Of a stretch of 64,000 nt of DNA, positions 52,876-64,000 are shown in pieces. A model generated the notes under the pieces. The model saw nothing but the letters and a program-made list of their open reading frames with translations. It was not told where the DNA came from and did no database searches. The translations under genes were made by a program, and so were the position numbers. The stretch covers positions 10,106,001 through 10,170,000 of the forward strand of contig NC_086128.1 of assembly GCF_963921235.1 (NCBI RefSeq), read 5' to 3'. Every line of letters starts with the position of its first letter. Position 1 is the first letter of the stretch. This DNA comes from Mobula hypostoma. Its lineage: Eukaryota.

Positions 52876-54279
52876 CTTATCAGTGACCATCAGCTGGGTT
52901 TTCATCACTGGATCCCGTACACTCAATGCTTACCCTCTTAATAGCTCAGCTCATGACTTATCTTGACCAGGGTAGTTTCCTTTCACTTGTGCACCAGCAG
53001 TTATTTTCCTACTTGGTCTTGTGAACAATGTATTCAGTTCGGCTGTATTGTCTTGTTTATTCTGTCATTCATAGCTTGGCAGGTATTCTCACATCAGTCT
53101 TAACAGATGGAGCTTGGTGTGAAAATAAATGAGATACATTTATATCTCCCTTTATCTCACTGCACTTAGTAAGGCTCCTCCTGTCTATTTGGACATGTCT
53201 CTGTATCCATGTCCTCTCAGACGGTGTTGGGATAAAGTTATCTTGGTGAACCTGGATTGCTCTCAACTCTCCAACAGTGAATTGGGTTCTATTGTCACCT
53301 TCCCGTTTCCCAGAAATCCCTTGTTTTCCAACTCTTCATTCTTCTAATGGAGTGGCAGTCTCCAACTCTGGCATAACATTCCTGTCTGTGTGTGAACACA
53401 ACCGTTTCCTATGCTGTCCCATTGGCCATTGGGTGCTTCCCTGGTCTCCATTCTCTCTCTACCTTTGCGGGTATTAACCCTGTATGGTGTTTATCCAGTG
53501 TTCAGCTTGCATTTTCTAACCCACACACGTCCTCTCAAGCAGTTTGCTGTGCGCCCTTTAGTTGACCATTCTGAAACCAGCCAGCCACACGACATCTTCC
53601 TGGGTACTTTTCACACCTGATTGACCGACAGGATCTCGTAGTCAGTGGCACTTTTCTGCCTATTCGGTGTTCACTTACTGAGATACCATGTTGCATTTTT
53701 TGGACTCTTCTCTGCCCTTACTGTTACGACATATATACCAGGCGGCATATCTTCACACCGAGATCTCCCACCTACAGCTCTCTGGTGCCAATGGATGAGA
53801 AGGCACAGGCTGCACTATTTGTTTTCCTGCTTTGTCCTCCAGAGAGAATTCCTAACTTGGAAGCCCAAGGAGTAATCTTTGTGATCTTTCCGCAAACTTC
53901 CCTCGGTAGAAAGAGTGAAACTTCTCTCATCCATACCTGATTGCCTACAGTTCTCTTTCTTTGTTGAATTTTGTTTCTGCTTACACAACCAGAGTCAGAA
54001 TCAGGTTCGTTATCACTGATGTATGCTGTGAAATTGGTAGTTTTGTGGTCGCTGTACAATGCAAGACACAAAAAAAAAATTACCACAAGTTACAAAATAA
54101 ATAAATAATCAGTGCAATAGAGGAATTCTCATTTTCATTCTGGTTCTGGATAATGAAGTAGTGTTCATGGACCATTCAGAAACATGATAGCAAAAGGGAA
54201 GTACTTCCCTAGGTCACTCTTGTGCTTTCTGCCAAACACCCATTCCCGTTCTCCCCCTCAACCTCAGGAGATGCTGAAC

Positions 54280-54612
54280 CTCTTCCTCTCCCATCAAGAA
54301 CCAAAACATGCCTTCCAGGTGAAGCATTCCTTCCATTCAGCATTCAGCATTCAGCGTTCACAGAGCAGTCCCCTCTGCATCAGGGAAACTAACCACACAT
54401 TGGTTGACTGCTTTGCAAAAACAAGATTGAAAGTGCAACCATGAGCTTCCAGTCCCCTATCGCTTTGACCTCTATTTTTGGCCTTTTGCACTGTTCCAAA
54501 GAAGCTCAACATAGGAAGCTCAAAGAATGACACCTTGTCCTCTATCTAGGTGCAGTACAGTACTGTACAGCCCTCGGGACTTAATATTGGATTCAGCAGT
54601 TTCAGAAAACCG
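54280..54612 (+). mobile_element. Old Penelope GIY-YIG remnant
   Basis: QEPKHAFQVK..IQRSQSSPLCIRETNHTLVDCFAK parallels 3840-3980. Confidence 0.55.
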
Positions 54613-55806
54613 GCTTTTCCAGTTTGTGTTGGAACTGGCCTGTTCCAACAAGCGTGGTTTGCAGGTTGCTTGGCTTCTGTGGGTGGTGGTGTGGGGGTAG
54701 GGAGGAATGATTGACAAGGCTGACATCTCGCATCCCTGACCTTTCCTGGTGATGACTTGTAGAGCTGGGATATTAGCTTTACTTCTCTCTCCAGATCCTG
54801 TTTTGGTTTCAGACTTCCTTCATCAGCAGTAATTTTTTGCTTTTCACTCCCTGGCCAATTCTGATGTAACTCAGTTTTTGCCTCTCCACGGATGCTGCCC
54901 AACCTGTTGGGCTTTCCCAGCCATTCGCCTTTACTTCAGTTTTCCAGCAACTATTTTGTTCTGTATCTCACTGCAGACTCTCTTGCTCTTTCCCCTCATC
55001 TACCTTCTATCCTTCCTGTCTTCTTCAGACAGATCAGCTGGGATTAACAAGCCTTCCCCACTCTCTCGGCCAACACCAGCAGCAGCTGTATCAATCAGCC
55101 TCTCTCGGTCTCCATGTGACTATACCTGCAAAAGGTGCATCCAGCTGCAGCTCCTGTTAAACCAAGTTCAGGAACTGGAGCTGGAGCTGGATGAACTTCA
55201 GATCATTCAGGAGGCAGAGGCAGTAATAGATTGGAGTTTCAGGGAGACAGTCACCCCTAAAAGTCAGGAGACAGGTAACTGGGTGACTGTCAGGAGAGGG
55301 AAGGGGAATAGACAGAAAGAGCAGAGCACCCCTGTGGCCGTTCCCATCAACAATAAGTATATTGTTTTGGATACTGTTGGCGGGGACAACCTACCAGGGA
55401 CAAGTTATAGTAGTCGTGTCTCTGGCACCGAGACTGGCCCCTCAGCTCAGAAAGGAAGTAGGGAAAAGAGGAGAGCAGTAGTGATAGGGAATTCGATAGT
55501 TAGGGGGACAGATAAGAGGTTCTGTGGGAGAGATCGAGAATCCCGGATGGTCTGTTCCCTCCCTGGTGCCAGGGTCCGCGATATCTCGGATCGAGTTCTC
55601 GGTATTCTCATGAGAGAGGGTGAGCAGCCAGGTGTCGAGGTCCATGTGGGGACCGATGACATAGATAGGAGTAGGGATGAGGTCCTGAAGAAGGAATATA
55701 GGGAGTTAGGAAAGAAGTTAAAAAGCAGGACCTCAAGGGTGGTAATCTCGGAATTGCTACCTGTGCCACGAGACAGAGAGGGTAGGAACAGGAAGTTATG
55801 GCAGAT

Positions 55807-56536
55807 AGTCATAGTCATAGTCATACTTTATTGATCCCGGGGGAAATTGGTTTTCGTTACAGTTGCACCATAAATAATTAAATAGTAATAAAACCATAAA
55901 TAATTAAATAGTAATATGTAAATTATGCCAGGAAATAAGTCCAGGACCAGCCTATTGGCTCACGATGTCTGACCCTCCAAGGGAGGAGTCGTAAAGTTTG
56001 ATGGCCACAGGCAGGAATGACTTCCTATGACGCTCAGTGCTGCATCTCGGTGGAATGAGTCTCTGGCTGAACGTACTCCTGTGCCCGCCCAGTACATTAT
56101 GTAGTGGATGGGAGACATTGTCCAAGATGGCATGCAACTTGGACAGCATCCTCTTTTCAGACACCACAGTGAGAGAGTCCAGTTCCATCCCCACGACATC
56201 ACTGGCTTTACGAATGAGTTTGTTGATTCTGTTGGTGTCTGCTACCCTCAGCCTGCTGCCCCAGCACACAACAGCAAACATGATAGCACTGGCCACCACA
56301 GACTCGTAGAACATCCTCAGCATCGTCCGGCAGATGTTAAAGGACCTCAGTCTCCTCAGGAAATAGAGACGGCTCTGACCCTTCTTGTAGACAGCCTCAG
56401 TGTTCTTTGACCAGTCCAGTTTATTGTCAACTCGTATCCCCAGGTATTTGTAATCCTCCACCATGTCCACACTGACCCCCTGGATGGAAACAGGGGTCAC
56501 ACCGCGGTACCTTAGCTCTCCTCAGGTCTACCACCA
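55807..56536 (-). mobile_element. Rex1/Babar 3' fragment inserted into CR1 ORF1
   Basis: YKYLGIRVDNKLDW, KKGQSRLYFLRRLRSF, SFLPVAIKLY; (CTATGA)n tail; 6-bp TSD GCAGAT at 55801-55806 and 56537-56542. Confidence 0.92.
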
Positions 56537-56719
56537 GCAGATGAATGTATGTCTGAAGAGTTGGTGCAGGGGGCAGGGGTTCAGATTTCTGGATCATTGG
56601 GATCTCTTCTGGGGAAGGTCTGACCTGTACAAAAAGGATGGGCTGCACCTGAACTGGAAAGGGACCAATATCCTGGCGGGCAGGTTTGCTAGAGCTGTTG
56701 GGGAGGGTTTAAACTAGTT

Positions 56720-59640
56720 TTGCAGGGGGGTGGGAATCAGAATGTGAGTGCAGAGATTAGGGTAGAAGGACAAGGGCATGATGTTATGTGTTCTGAGTTG
56801 GTGAGGAAGGACAGGCAGGGGACAAAACATAAATGTAGCAAGTTAGAGGGGTTGAAATGTGTCTATTTCAATGCTAGGAGTATCAGGAATAAAGGGGATG
56901 AACTTAGAGCATGGATCAGTACGTGGAACTACGATGTTGTGGCTGTTACTGAAACTTGGCTGGAGGAAGGGCAGGATTGGTTGATGCAGGTGCCGGGGTT
57001 TAGATGTTTTATAAGGAATAGGATGGGAGGTAGAAAAGGCGGGGGAGTAGCATTATTGGTCAGGGATAGTACCACGGCTATAGAAAGGGAGGATGCTGCA
57101 GAGGGAGTGTCCACTGAGTTGTTGTGGGTGGAGGTCAGAAATAGGAAGGGATCAATCACTGTGCTGGGAGTAGTCTATAGGCCCCCAAATAGCCCTCGGG
57201 ACACTGAGGAGCAGATAAGCAGGCAGATTTTAGAACAGTGCAAGAAATACAGGGTTGTAGTTATGGGTGATTTCAACTTCCCTCATATTGACTGGCAACT
57301 CCTGACTGCAAGGGGGATAGATGAGGCTGAATTTGTCAGGTGTGTTCAAGAAGGATTCCTGACACAGTATGTGGACCGGCCGACGAGAGGAGAGGCCATA
57401 CTGGATCTAGTTCTGGGTAATGAACCTGGTCAGGTGGCAGACCTCTTGGTGGGGGAGCATTTTGGTGAGAGTGACCACAACTCCCTTAGCTTCAGCATAG
57501 CTATGGAAAAGGATAAAAACAGATAAAATGGGAAAGTGCTTAACTGGGGAAGGGCTAACTATGAAGGGATGAGGCAGGAACTAGCGAGAGTAAATTAGAA
57601 ACAGATGTTCAAGGGTGAAAGCACAGAAGAAATGTGGAGGAAGTTTAGGGACTACTTGTGCTGGGTTCAAGATAGGTCTGTCCCGCTGAGACAAGGAAAA
57701 AATGGTAGGTAAAGGGAACCGTGGCTGATGAAACACGAGGCAACTTATCAAGAGGAAGAAGGAAGCATGTGTCAGATATAAGAAGCAGGAAGCAGGAGGC
57801 AGGAGGGGCTCATGAGAAATATAGAGTAGCCAGGAAGGAGCTTAAAAAAGGACTTAGGAGAGCTCAAAGGGGGCATGAGAAGGCCTTGGCATGTAGGATT
57901 AAAGAGAACCCCAAGGCGTTCTATGCATATGTGAAGAACAGAAGGATGACAAGAATGAAGGTGGGGCCGCTAAAGGATAAAGAAGGCAACATGTGCCTGG
58001 AGGCGGAGCAGATTGGGGAGGTCCTAAATGAATACTTTGCTTCAGTATTCACAAGTGAAAAGGACCTTGATCAGGGAGAGGTCGAAATAGAACAGGCCTG
58101 TGTGCTGGACAATGTGGAGACTAAGGAAGAAGTAGTGTCGGAACTTCTTAAAAACATCAAGATTGATAAGTCCCCAGGGCCGGACGGGATATACCCCAGG
58201 TTGCTGTGGGAAGTGAGAGAAGAGATCGCTGGAGCAGTAGCTATGATCTTTGAATCCTCTTTGGCTGCAGGGGAGGTGCCGGAGGACTGGAGAATGGCAA
58301 ATGTAGTTCCCTTGTTTAAGAAAGGTAATAGGGAGAATCCTGGGAACTATAGACCAGTGAGTCTTACGTCGGTGGTCTGCAAACTATAGGAAAGTATTCT
58401 TAAGGATAGGATCTACGAGCATTTGGAGAAGTACAGTCTACTCAAGGATAGTCAACATGGCTCTGTGAAGGGAAGGTCGTGCTTCATGGGCCTAATTGAG
58501 TTTTTTGAAGAGGTAACAAAAGAAATTGATGAGGGTAGGGTGGTAGATGTGGTCTACATGCATTTTAGCAAGGCATTTGACAAGGTCCCCCACAAGAGAC
58601 TCATCCAGAAAGTCAAGAGGCATGGAACCTTGGCTGTTTGGATAAAAAATTGGCTTAAAGGAAGAAAGCAGAAGGTAGTAGTGGAAGGAAAGTATTCTGT
58701 CTGGAGGTCGGTGACTAGTGGAGTGCCACATGGATTTGCCCTGGGACCCCTGCTCTTTGTGATTTTTATAAATGACCCGGATGAAGAGGCGGAAGGATGG
58801 GTGAGTGAGTTTGCGGATGACACGAAGATTGGAGGAGTTGTGGATGGAGCTGTAGGTTGTTGAAGCTTACAAGAGGATATAGACAGGATGCAGATTTGGG
58901 CAGAAAGGTAGCAGATGGAGTTCAATCCGGATAAGTGTGAGGTGATGCATTTTGGAAGGACAAACCAGAAGGCTGAGTACAGGGTTAATGGTCGGTTACT
59001 TAAGAGAGTGGATGAACAGAGGGACCTTGGGGTTCAAATCCATACATCCCTCAAGGTCGCTGCACAGGTTGATAGGATAGTTAAGAAGGCCTATGGGATA
59101 CTAGGCTTCATTAATAGGGGGATTGAGTTCAAGAGTAGAGAGGTCATGTCGCAATTCTACAAATCTCTGGTGAGACCACACTTAGAATATTGTGTTCAGT
59201 TCTGGTCACCTCATTATAGGAAGGATGTGGAAGCTATGGAGAAGGTGCAGAGAAGATTTACCAGGATGTTGCCTGGATTGAAAAACAAGTCTTACGAGGC
59301 AAGGTTAGCAGAGCTGGGACTTTTCTCTTTGGAACATTGAAGGATGAGAGGGGACTTGATAGAGGTCTACAAGATTATGAGGGGCATAGATAGGGTGGGT
59401 AGCCAGTACCTGTTTCCCAGGGCACAAATAGCAAACACCAGAAGGCATATGTACAAAGTTAAGGGAGGGAAGTTTAGGGGAGACATCAGGGGTAAGTTTT
59501 TTACACAGAGGGTTGTGGGTGCCTGGAGTGACTTGCCAGGGATGGTGGTGGAGGCTAAAACATTAGGGGTATTTAAGAGCCTTTTGAACAGGCACATGGA
59601 TGAAAGAAAAATAGAGGGTTACGGGGTAGTGTCGGTTTAG
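56720..59640 (+). pseudogene. CR1 ORF2 (APE endonuclease and reverse transcriptase), broken by stops
   Basis: ORF pieces 56720-57526, 57721-58389, 58423-58863, 58915-59340 and 59344-59640 are colinear CR1 ORF2 segments. Confidence 0.92.
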
Positions 59641-60674
59641 TACTTTTTTTAGGAATATATGGGTCGGCACAACATTGAGGGCTGAAGGGCCTGTACTGTG
59701 CTGTAGTATTCTAGTGTTCAGTGTCTTCTCGTGTCCATCCCATCACAGATCTCCCCACTTCCCTCAGTTCTCCCCACTCCCCTGCCTTCGGTGCAATTGA
59801 GAACTAAAATTTTCTTAAACCATTAAGCTGAGTATTTTCAGCATTTTCTGTTTCAATTCTATGACTCAAATCTTTAATCATTTTACTGTACTGTTCACAT
59901 CTATTTTTTCTCAGGATTGGTGCTGTCTACACTATGGGCCTTGACTCCTCACTTAGTCTTCCAATTATGAAGATGTTTGGTTGAAGGAAAAGCCAAGATT
60001 TCCATTGAGTGAGATCCCGGGAACTGTTGGGCTGACACACTTTAATAAAACTCAATGTGTCCATTCTTGCTCTGGGCTGTATTGTATTCTTTTTTTTCCA
60101 GAGCCCCTCTGTATAATCTTGATAGCAAACATCATTCAGCACTGGTGACTTTAGACTGATCATCCCTTAAGCAGTATGTTTCCATGTGGGGCCTGCTAAT
60201 TTACAGGCAACGCAGATTAGGAGAACCTGCTGCCGGCACTGTGAAGCTTGCCACGCCATCCATTTCTCTGAAGGCCCCGATTAATCAATTTGTTGCTATC
60301 AACTCTGAAAAGCACATTCAGGATGGTGATAATGAAGTTGTCTGTCTACCTTATTGGTGGGGTGTGCTCCAGACCGAAACCACCTTGTTAGCAGCATTGG
60401 ATCTGCCTTGATGTGCAACCACTTCACTTGCTACAGACAAAAGTAATACCCATACATCCTCTCCAATAAAAGCGCCAAGGCTTGGCTCTGCAGGAGCAGC
60501 TCCCTGCTGGCCTGGTGCCTGTCTGCAGGCAGTGTGTGAGTGTGAATCTCCGTCGAGCACAGACCTGCACTCAGCCACACTCTGTCGAGAGCCTGCACCT
60601 GCTGCCAGCCGGTACTTGACAGCTCCCCTCTGCTCTTCCTGCCCTGTCCCCATCCTCTCCTTTCCATGTTTCTT

Positions 60675-61385
60675 ATATAACAATTACAGCACGGAAGCAG
60701 GCCATCTCGCCCCTTCTAGTCCGTGCTGAACTCTTACTCTCACCTAGTCCCACCGACTTGCACTCAGCCCATAACCCTCCATTCTTTTCCTGTCCATATA
60801 TCTATCCAATTTAACTTTAAACGACAACATCGATCCTGCCTCAACCACTTCTGCTGGAAGCTCGTTCCACACAGCTACCACTCTCTGAGTAAAGAAGTTC
60901 CCCCATCATGTTACCCCTAAACTTTTGCCCTTTAACTCTCAACTCATGTCCTCTTGTTTGAATCTTCCCCATTCTCAATGGAAAAAGCCTATCCACGTCA
61001 ACTCTATCTATCCCCCTCATAATTTTAAATACCTCTATCAAGTCTCCTCTCAACCTTCTACGTTCCAAAGAATAAAGACCCAACTTGTTCAACCTTTCTC
61101 TGTAACTTAGGAGATGAAACCCAGGCAACATTTTAGTAAACCTCCTCTGTACTCTCTCAATTTTATTGACATCTTTCCTATAATTCGGTGACCAGAACTG
61201 TACACAATACTCCAAATTTGGCCTCGCCAATGCCTTGTACAATTTCAACATTACATCCCAACTCCTATACTCAATGCTCTGATTTATAACGGCCAGCATA
61301 CCAAAAGCTTTCTTCACCACCCTATCCACATGAGATTCCACCTTCAGGGAGCTATGCACCATTACTCCTAGATCCCTCTGTTCTC
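60675..61385 (-). mobile_element. CR1 3' fragment
   Basis: RPNLEYCVQFWSP; LRGDLIEVFKIMRG. Confidence 0.9.
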
Positions 61386-62249
61386 CTTATATTTGTTTTT
61401 TCACCCTCAGCCCAGGTTTCATGTCGAGAGACTGTACGGCCAGCCCAGCTGCGATGGCTGGGGTAATGGCTGGCGTTAGACCCAGCTGGGAAAACTTTGT
61501 CAGTCACCCAGACTCTCTGCCGACTTACATCATTTGTAGTGTCCTCTTCCAAACACACACTCCCAATCATCTAACCTCCAGCCTGTGTCCTGTGTGGCTG
61601 TTCAAGTTCTCACATCCATACCTACACTCAGACCTGGGCAAGCCCCAGGCTACAGTCCATGTCAGGGGTTTTGCACATGTTCAAAGTTAGTTTCTTGTCA
61701 AACTACATGTATGTCACCACATACCACCCCGAGATTTATTTTCAGTCTGAGGCCCCTTGCCTGAATGTTCCTAGTGCACACTGCCTGTTCTGGGGGTGAG
61801 CATCTCTCCTGTTGCCCACTCCTGCCCTCTGCACTTCCCCTGTTCTGATGGCCAACATTTGTTGTTCCCCACTGGCTAACTTCTGCCCTGAGCAAAGAAG
61901 CTGTTCTGGTCTGTGTCCTACATCTGTGCTAATGAAACCAGGACCCTGTCCACACTTGTACCACAGAAAGAAGCCCTTTCGGCCTACCTCATCCATGCTG
62001 AGTGTGACAACCATCTAGTCCCATTTACCCGTATCCCTCTACCCATTTCCTAACCAAATGCCTGTACAAGCACCTTTTAAACATTGTAATTGTATCAGCC
62101 TCTACAATCTCCTCTGGCAACCTGTTCCTTCAAAACACTACTCCTTTAAAATAGTCTCCTCTCACCTTAAACCTGTGGCTCTAAGCTCCCCAGCCTTGGC
62201 ATATAGACTCTAGCTATTTAGCCTGTCTATACCCCTCTATATTTTATAT

Positions 62250-63630
62250 TTGGTGGTGGGGAAACTGCTGGAGTCAGTTATCAAGGATGTGATAACAGCA
62301 CATTTGGAAAGCGGTGAAATGATCGGACAAAGTCAGCATGGATTTGTGAAAGGAAAATCATGTCTGACGAATCTCATAGAATTTTTTGAGGATGTAACTA
62401 GTAGAGTGGATAGGGGAGAACCAGTGGATGTGGTATATTTGGATTTTCAAAAGGCTTTTGACAAGGTCCCACACAGGAGATTAGTGTGCAAACTTAAAGC
62501 ACACGGTATTGGGGGTAAGGTATTGGTGTGGGTGGAGAATTGGTTAGCAGACAGGAAGCAAAGAGTGGGAATAAACGGGACCTTTTCAGAATGGCAGGCG
62601 GTGACTAGTGGGGTACCGCAAGGCTCAGTGCTGGGACCCCAGTTGTTTACAATATATGTTAATGACTTGGATGAGGGAATTAAATGCAGCATCTCCAAGT
62701 TTGCGGATGACACAAAGCTGGGTGGCAGTGTTAGCAGTGAGGAGGATGCTAAGAGGATGCAGGGTGACTTGGATAGGTTGGGTGAGTGGGCAAACTCATG
62801 GCAGATGCAATTTAATGTGGATAAATGTGAAGTTATCCACTTTGGTGGCAAAAATAGGAAAACAGATTATTATCTGAATGGTGGCCGATTAGGAAAAGGG
62901 GAGGTGCAACGAGACCTGGGTGTCATTATACACCAGTCATTGAAAGTGGGCATGCAGGTACAGCAGGCGGTGAAAAAGGCGAATGGTATGCTGGCATTTA
63001 TAGCGAGAGGATTCGAGTACAGGAGCAGGGAGGTACTACTACAGTTGTACAAGGCCTTGGTGAGACCACACCTGGAGTTTTGTGTGCAGTTTTGGTCCCC
63101 TAATCTGAGGAAAGACATCTTTGCCATAGAGGGAGTACAAAGAAGGTTCACCAGATTGATTCCTGGGATGGCAGGTCTTTCATATGAAGAAAGACTGGAT
63201 GAACTGGGCTTGTACTCGTTGGAATTTAGAAGATTGAGGGGGGATCTGATTGAAACGTATAAGATCCTAAAGGGATTGGACAGGCTAGATGCGGGAAGAT
63301 TGTTCCCGATGTTGGGGAGGTCTAGAACGAGGGGTCACAGTTTGAGGATAGAGGGGAAGCCTTTTAGGACCGAGGTTAGGAAAAACTTCTTCACACAGAG
63401 AGTGGTGAATCTGTGGAATTCTCTGCCACAGCAAACTGTTGAGGCCAGTTCATTAGCTATGTTTAAAAGGAAGTTAGATATGGCCCTTGTGGCTACAGGG
63501 GTCAGGGGGTATGGAGGGAAGGCGGGGTTCTGAGTTGGATGATCAGCCATGATCATAATAAATGGCGGTGCAGGCTCGAAGGGCCGAATGGCCTACTCCT
63601 GCACCTATTTTCTATGTTTCTATGTTTCTA
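62250..63630 (+). mobile_element. Young 5'-truncated CR1 with an uninterrupted RT frame (427 codons), inserted in an older minus-strand CR1 remnant (~61960-63880)
   Basis: Open ORF 62250-63533 with [26 protein letters not shown] and KFADD; (TTTCTATG)n tail. Confidence 0.95.
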
Positions 63631-64000
63631 TCCCTTCATTGCAGACAACATCCTGGTGAAGCTCTTCTGCACTCTCTCTGTTGCCACTATACCCTTCCTA
63701 TAGTGTGCTGACCAGAATTGCACACAGTACTTCAAATGTGCCCCGACCAGTATCTGTAACTCAATACTTCAGTCTGCAAAGACAAACCTACCAGATGACT
63801 TCTTCACTGCCCTATCCACCTGTGAATCACTTTTAGCAAGCTGTAGACTTGTACATCAATGCTCCTAAGATCTCCACAAATAGCAAAGGTCAGGGTACAC
63901 TTTTACCTTCTGCTTATGACTGTTTATTCCCCTCCATGCCATCTTGGTTCTTGGCTGCTGTAACTCTCATGTTATTTGAAATATGCAACTTCTATTCACC

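Larger units (their letters stand above)
55110..59720 (+). mobile_element. Near full-length CR1 LINE (ORF1 SGNH esterase plus ORF2 APE-RT), inactivated, with a nested Rex1 insertion
   Basis: ORF1 CKRCIQLQLL..VIGNSIVRG..LHLNWKG; ORF2 YFNARS, VTETW, GDFN, SDHN, PGNYRPVSLTS, FADD; several premature stops; 3' tail. Confidence 0.95.

Noticed and set aside
52960-53990. Gypsy integrase/PPT remnant or host exons
   Set aside because: Only vague resemblance (purine tract near 53140 on the minus strand); no convincing motif or ORF, so left uncalled.
54878-55834. 318-aa ORF as a host lipase/esterase gene
   Set aside because: It is CR1 ORF1 (SGNH-type) with a spurious N-terminal extension, truncated by a Rex1 insertion.
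62250-63533. Domesticated reverse transcriptase gene
   Set aside because: It starts at a 5' truncation with no ATG, has a normal CR1 tail and has a highly similar sibling copy. It is simply young.

Overview
Eukaryotic, repeat-dominated vertebrate DNA. It is most likely from a cartilaginous fish, possibly a ray, inferred from the repeat repertoire (CR1/HER1-type LINEs, V-SINE/HE1-type SINEs, Penelope-like elements). No host protein-coding gene can be confidently called; the window looks intronic or intergenic. It contains the 5' half of a young I-group (Nimb-like) LINE, Penelope-like elements, a decayed BEL/Pao LTR retrotransposon, a dozen or more CR1 copies of different ages, Rex1/Babar and RTE fragments, solo LTRs and a Tc1 derivative. 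The main feature is a ~14.9 kb tandem array (13432-28346) of a 25/26-bp monomer, GAGA(T/C)TTATACCCACAAAA(A)CATTCC. Its two flanks are colinear halves of one Rex1/Babar retrotransposon ORF, and the monomer is the ORF's own IPTKTFR codons. The array therefore appears to have arisen in place from about 8 codons of retrotransposon coding sequence. It shows nested higher-order duplications (561 bp, ~665 bp, ~1.2 kb, ~5.02 kb) and CpG-decay variants. A second theme is a dispersed set of short Penelope-derived elements carrying minimal hammerhead-ribozyme motifs, some with long target-site duplications (TSDs) and inverted termini. All family assignments come from recognising motifs by eye; no database search was run.
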